64,000 nucleotides of DNA from an uncultured Candidatus Saccharibacteria bacterium (GTDB lineage Bacteria > Patescibacteriota > Minisyncoccia > Phycocordibacterales > UBA2100): NCBI GenBank assembly GCA_964471165.1, contig CAYYEX010000001.1:65037-129036 (forward strand), written 5' to 3'. This document shows positions 62,227-64,000 of this stretch, piece by piece (within the stretch, counting starts at the first letter, position 1; every line of letters starts with the position of its first letter). A program made the position numbers and the translations under genes. The notes under the pieces were generated by a model. It made no database searches, was not told the origin of the DNA, and was given only the letters and a program-made list of their open reading frames with translations.

Positions 62227-62661
62227 TTATTCTTTATGGTGGGAATCAAGATGCTGCTTGAGCGCATCGCGGATTTCCATGAGCAGCTTCTGGTCGTCGG
62301 TTGGTTCAGGCTTTACTGCGGGGTTTGCCTCTTCCTTTTTCGCAAGGCGCTTTCGCAAGCGAGATACGAGCTTGAACATCAGGAATATCGCCATCGCAAT
62401 AACGATAAAGTTGAGGAACACTTGCAGCAGGTGGCCATAACTGATGACTACGTGCTCACCCAGTTGGTACTTGATACCACTTAAGTCTTCAAGGTTGCCT
62501 GTTGCGATTGAAAGGACTGGCATTGCTACATCGGCAACAAATGAGTTCACCACGGCGCCGAAGGCATTGCCCAAGATAACGGCGACCGCCAAATCGAACA
62601 CATTGCCTTTTGCGGCAAAGGCCCAGAACTCGTGCCAGAATCCCCCGGCACGTTTTCCCAT
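62227..62661 (-). CDS. mscL: large-conductance mechanosensitive channel
   Basis: NVFDLAVAVILGNAFGAVVNSFVADVAMP TM1 signature, TM2, charged C-terminal helix. Start at internal Met (ORF extends to 62697). Confidence 0.8.
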   Translation of the reverse strand: MGKRAGGFWHEFWAFAAKGNVFDLAVAVILGNAFGAVVNSFVADVAMPVLSIATGNLEDLSGIKYQLGEHVVISYGHLLQVFLNFIVIAMAIFLMFKLVSRLRKRLAKKEEANPAVKPEPTDDQKLLMEIRDALKQHLDSHHKE

Positions 62662-62856
62662 CTGTTCCTGCAGTTCGGCGACCCGCTTCATGAGCAAGAT
62701 AATACCACGCCTGGTCCTGGGGGCAGACTTGCATAGGGGCCGCGCTCTATATATAGTGCACGGACCATTTATTTATTAGTTTATGGTGTCGGTTCATACT
62801 CCTCCTCCGAAAGGCACGGTAGCGCAAGGGGCGGAGCGCCGAAACCACCAAACACA

Positions 62857-63966
62857 ATGGCTGAAAACATTAAAGACGTCGAAGACAACGACGTTGAGGT
62901 AGTACAAGAGAAAAAGGGCCCGATGGCGGAGCTTCTTTTGACGGCACCGAAGGTGCCGGTAATCGACGACGTGGTTGAAGGACCGGTCGTTGCAATCGGA
63001 CGCGCTCGCGTGTTCGTCGACTTGCATCCGTTTGGTACGGGTATTATTTATGGCCGTGAATACCTCTCGGCTCGCGAAACACTCAAGAACGTCAACATCG
63101 GCGACTTGGTGACCGCGAAGGTTGTCGGCAACGAAAACGCCGAAGGATACATCGAGCTCTCGCTGCGCGAGGCTCGACAGGCACTCATCTGGAACGAGGC
63201 AGAACAGGCTTCGCAAAAGAAGACAGTGTTCGAACTTCCAATCACAGATGCAAACAAGGGCGGTCTTATCATCAACTGGAACGGTATCCAGGGCTTCCTC
63301 CCAGCGTCGCAGCTTTCCCCTGCGCACTACCCGCGTGTGCCAGATGGAGACAAGGACAAGATTTTCGTTGAGCTCAAGAAAATGATTGGCACGAAGCTCG
63401 AAGTGATGGTTATCACCGCGAACCCAAAGGAGCAGAAACTTATCTTCTCTGAAAAGGGCGCTGGTACATCTGAGCGCGCGTCATTAGTCGGTAAGTACAA
63501 CGTAAACGATGTACTCGACGGTGTGGTCACTGGTGCAACCGAATTCGGTGTATTCGTAAAACTCGAAGACTCACTCGAAGGCCTCGTGCACATCTCAGAA
63601 ATGGATTGGGCACTCGTGGAGAACCCAAAGACTCGCTACAAGGTTGGCGAAGCTGTGAAGGTAAAGGTAATCGAAATCAAAGACGACAAGGTCTCCCTCT
63701 CTATCAAGGCACTCGTGGATGACCCATGGAAGGCAGCTGCTGCGAAGTATAAGAAGGACCAGCAGGTGGAAGCAGTGGTTATCAAGTACAACAAGCACGG
63801 CGCGCTTGCCTCTATCGAGGAAGGCGTTGCAGGGTTGGTGCACATCTCAGAATTCGGCAGCGAAGAAGAACTCCGCGCAAAACTCGAACTCGGCAAGGTG
63901 TATCAGTTCTCAATCACCTTCTTCGAACCAAAGGAGCGCCGCATGACCCTCAAACCGGTCGTTTAG
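62857..63966 (+). CDS. rpsA: 30S ribosomal protein S1 (four S1 domains)
   Basis: Repeated S1 OB-fold motifs (GxVxGxVxxIxxFGxFVxL). Confidence 0.85.
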   Translation: MAENIKDVEDNDVEVVQEKKGPMAELLLTAPKVPVIDDVVEGPVVAIGRARVFVDLHPFGTGIIYGREYLSARETLKNVNIGDLVTAKVVGNENAEGYIELSLREARQALIWNEAEQASQKKTVFELPITDANKGGLIINWNGIQGFLPASQLSPAHYPRVPDGDKDKIFVELKKMIGTKLEVMVITANPKEQKLIFSEKGAGTSERASLVGKYNVNDVLDGVVTGATEFGVFVKLEDSLEGLVHISEMDWALVENPKTRYKVGEAVKVKVIEIKDDKVSLSIKALVDDPWKAAAAKYKKDQQVEAVVIKYNKHGALASIEEGVAGLVHISEFGSEEELRAKLELGKVYQFSITFFEPKERRMTLKPVV

Positions 63967-64000
63967 TCTTTCTCCCCGAAGACCAAAGGGAAAAATCCGG

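Noticed and set aside
1-64000. CRISPR arrays, IS elements / transposases, phage integrases
   Set aside because: No regularly spaced short direct repeats with unique spacers. No DDE transposase or tyrosine/serine recombinase motifs were recognisable in any ORF despite the att-like tRNA repeats.

Overview
This 64-kb window is a gene-dense bacterial chromosomal segment, mostly transcribed on the minus strand. Recognisable housekeeping genes are tmk, guaB, dnaX, serS, ftsQ, dprA-topA, rel, parB, miaA, dgkA, rpmG, clpB, infB-rbfA, a DEAD-box helicase, gyrA, mscL and rpsA. It also carries 8 tRNA genes, a two-component system, a sortase, two tandem L,D-transpeptidases and three NUDIX hydrolases. Gene content (tandem arrays of small TrbC/VirB2-like 'pilin' membrane proteins, short IF-2, many tiny hypothetical membrane proteins) suggests a small-genome CPR/Patescibacteria-like organism, but that is inference only. 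No CRISPR array, transposase or integrase was seen. The most unusual signals: (1) six of eight tRNA genes are followed about 95-190 nt downstream by a direct copy of their own 3'-terminal 11-36 nt; the two tRNA-Leu loci share a conserved ~125-nt structured element. (2) A cassette-like array of seven co-directional small genes (12.1-16.3 kb) in which each gene is followed directly after its stop codon by the same ~30-nt box (GGTTCCAACTTCGTACCAAACACCCAGTC in gene orientation). (3) A five-gene tandem cluster of TrbC/VirB2-like small membrane proteins plus a distant paralog. (4) Several high-GC (~58-60%) islands. (5) Palindromic candidate operators upstream of clpB, dnaX and topA.
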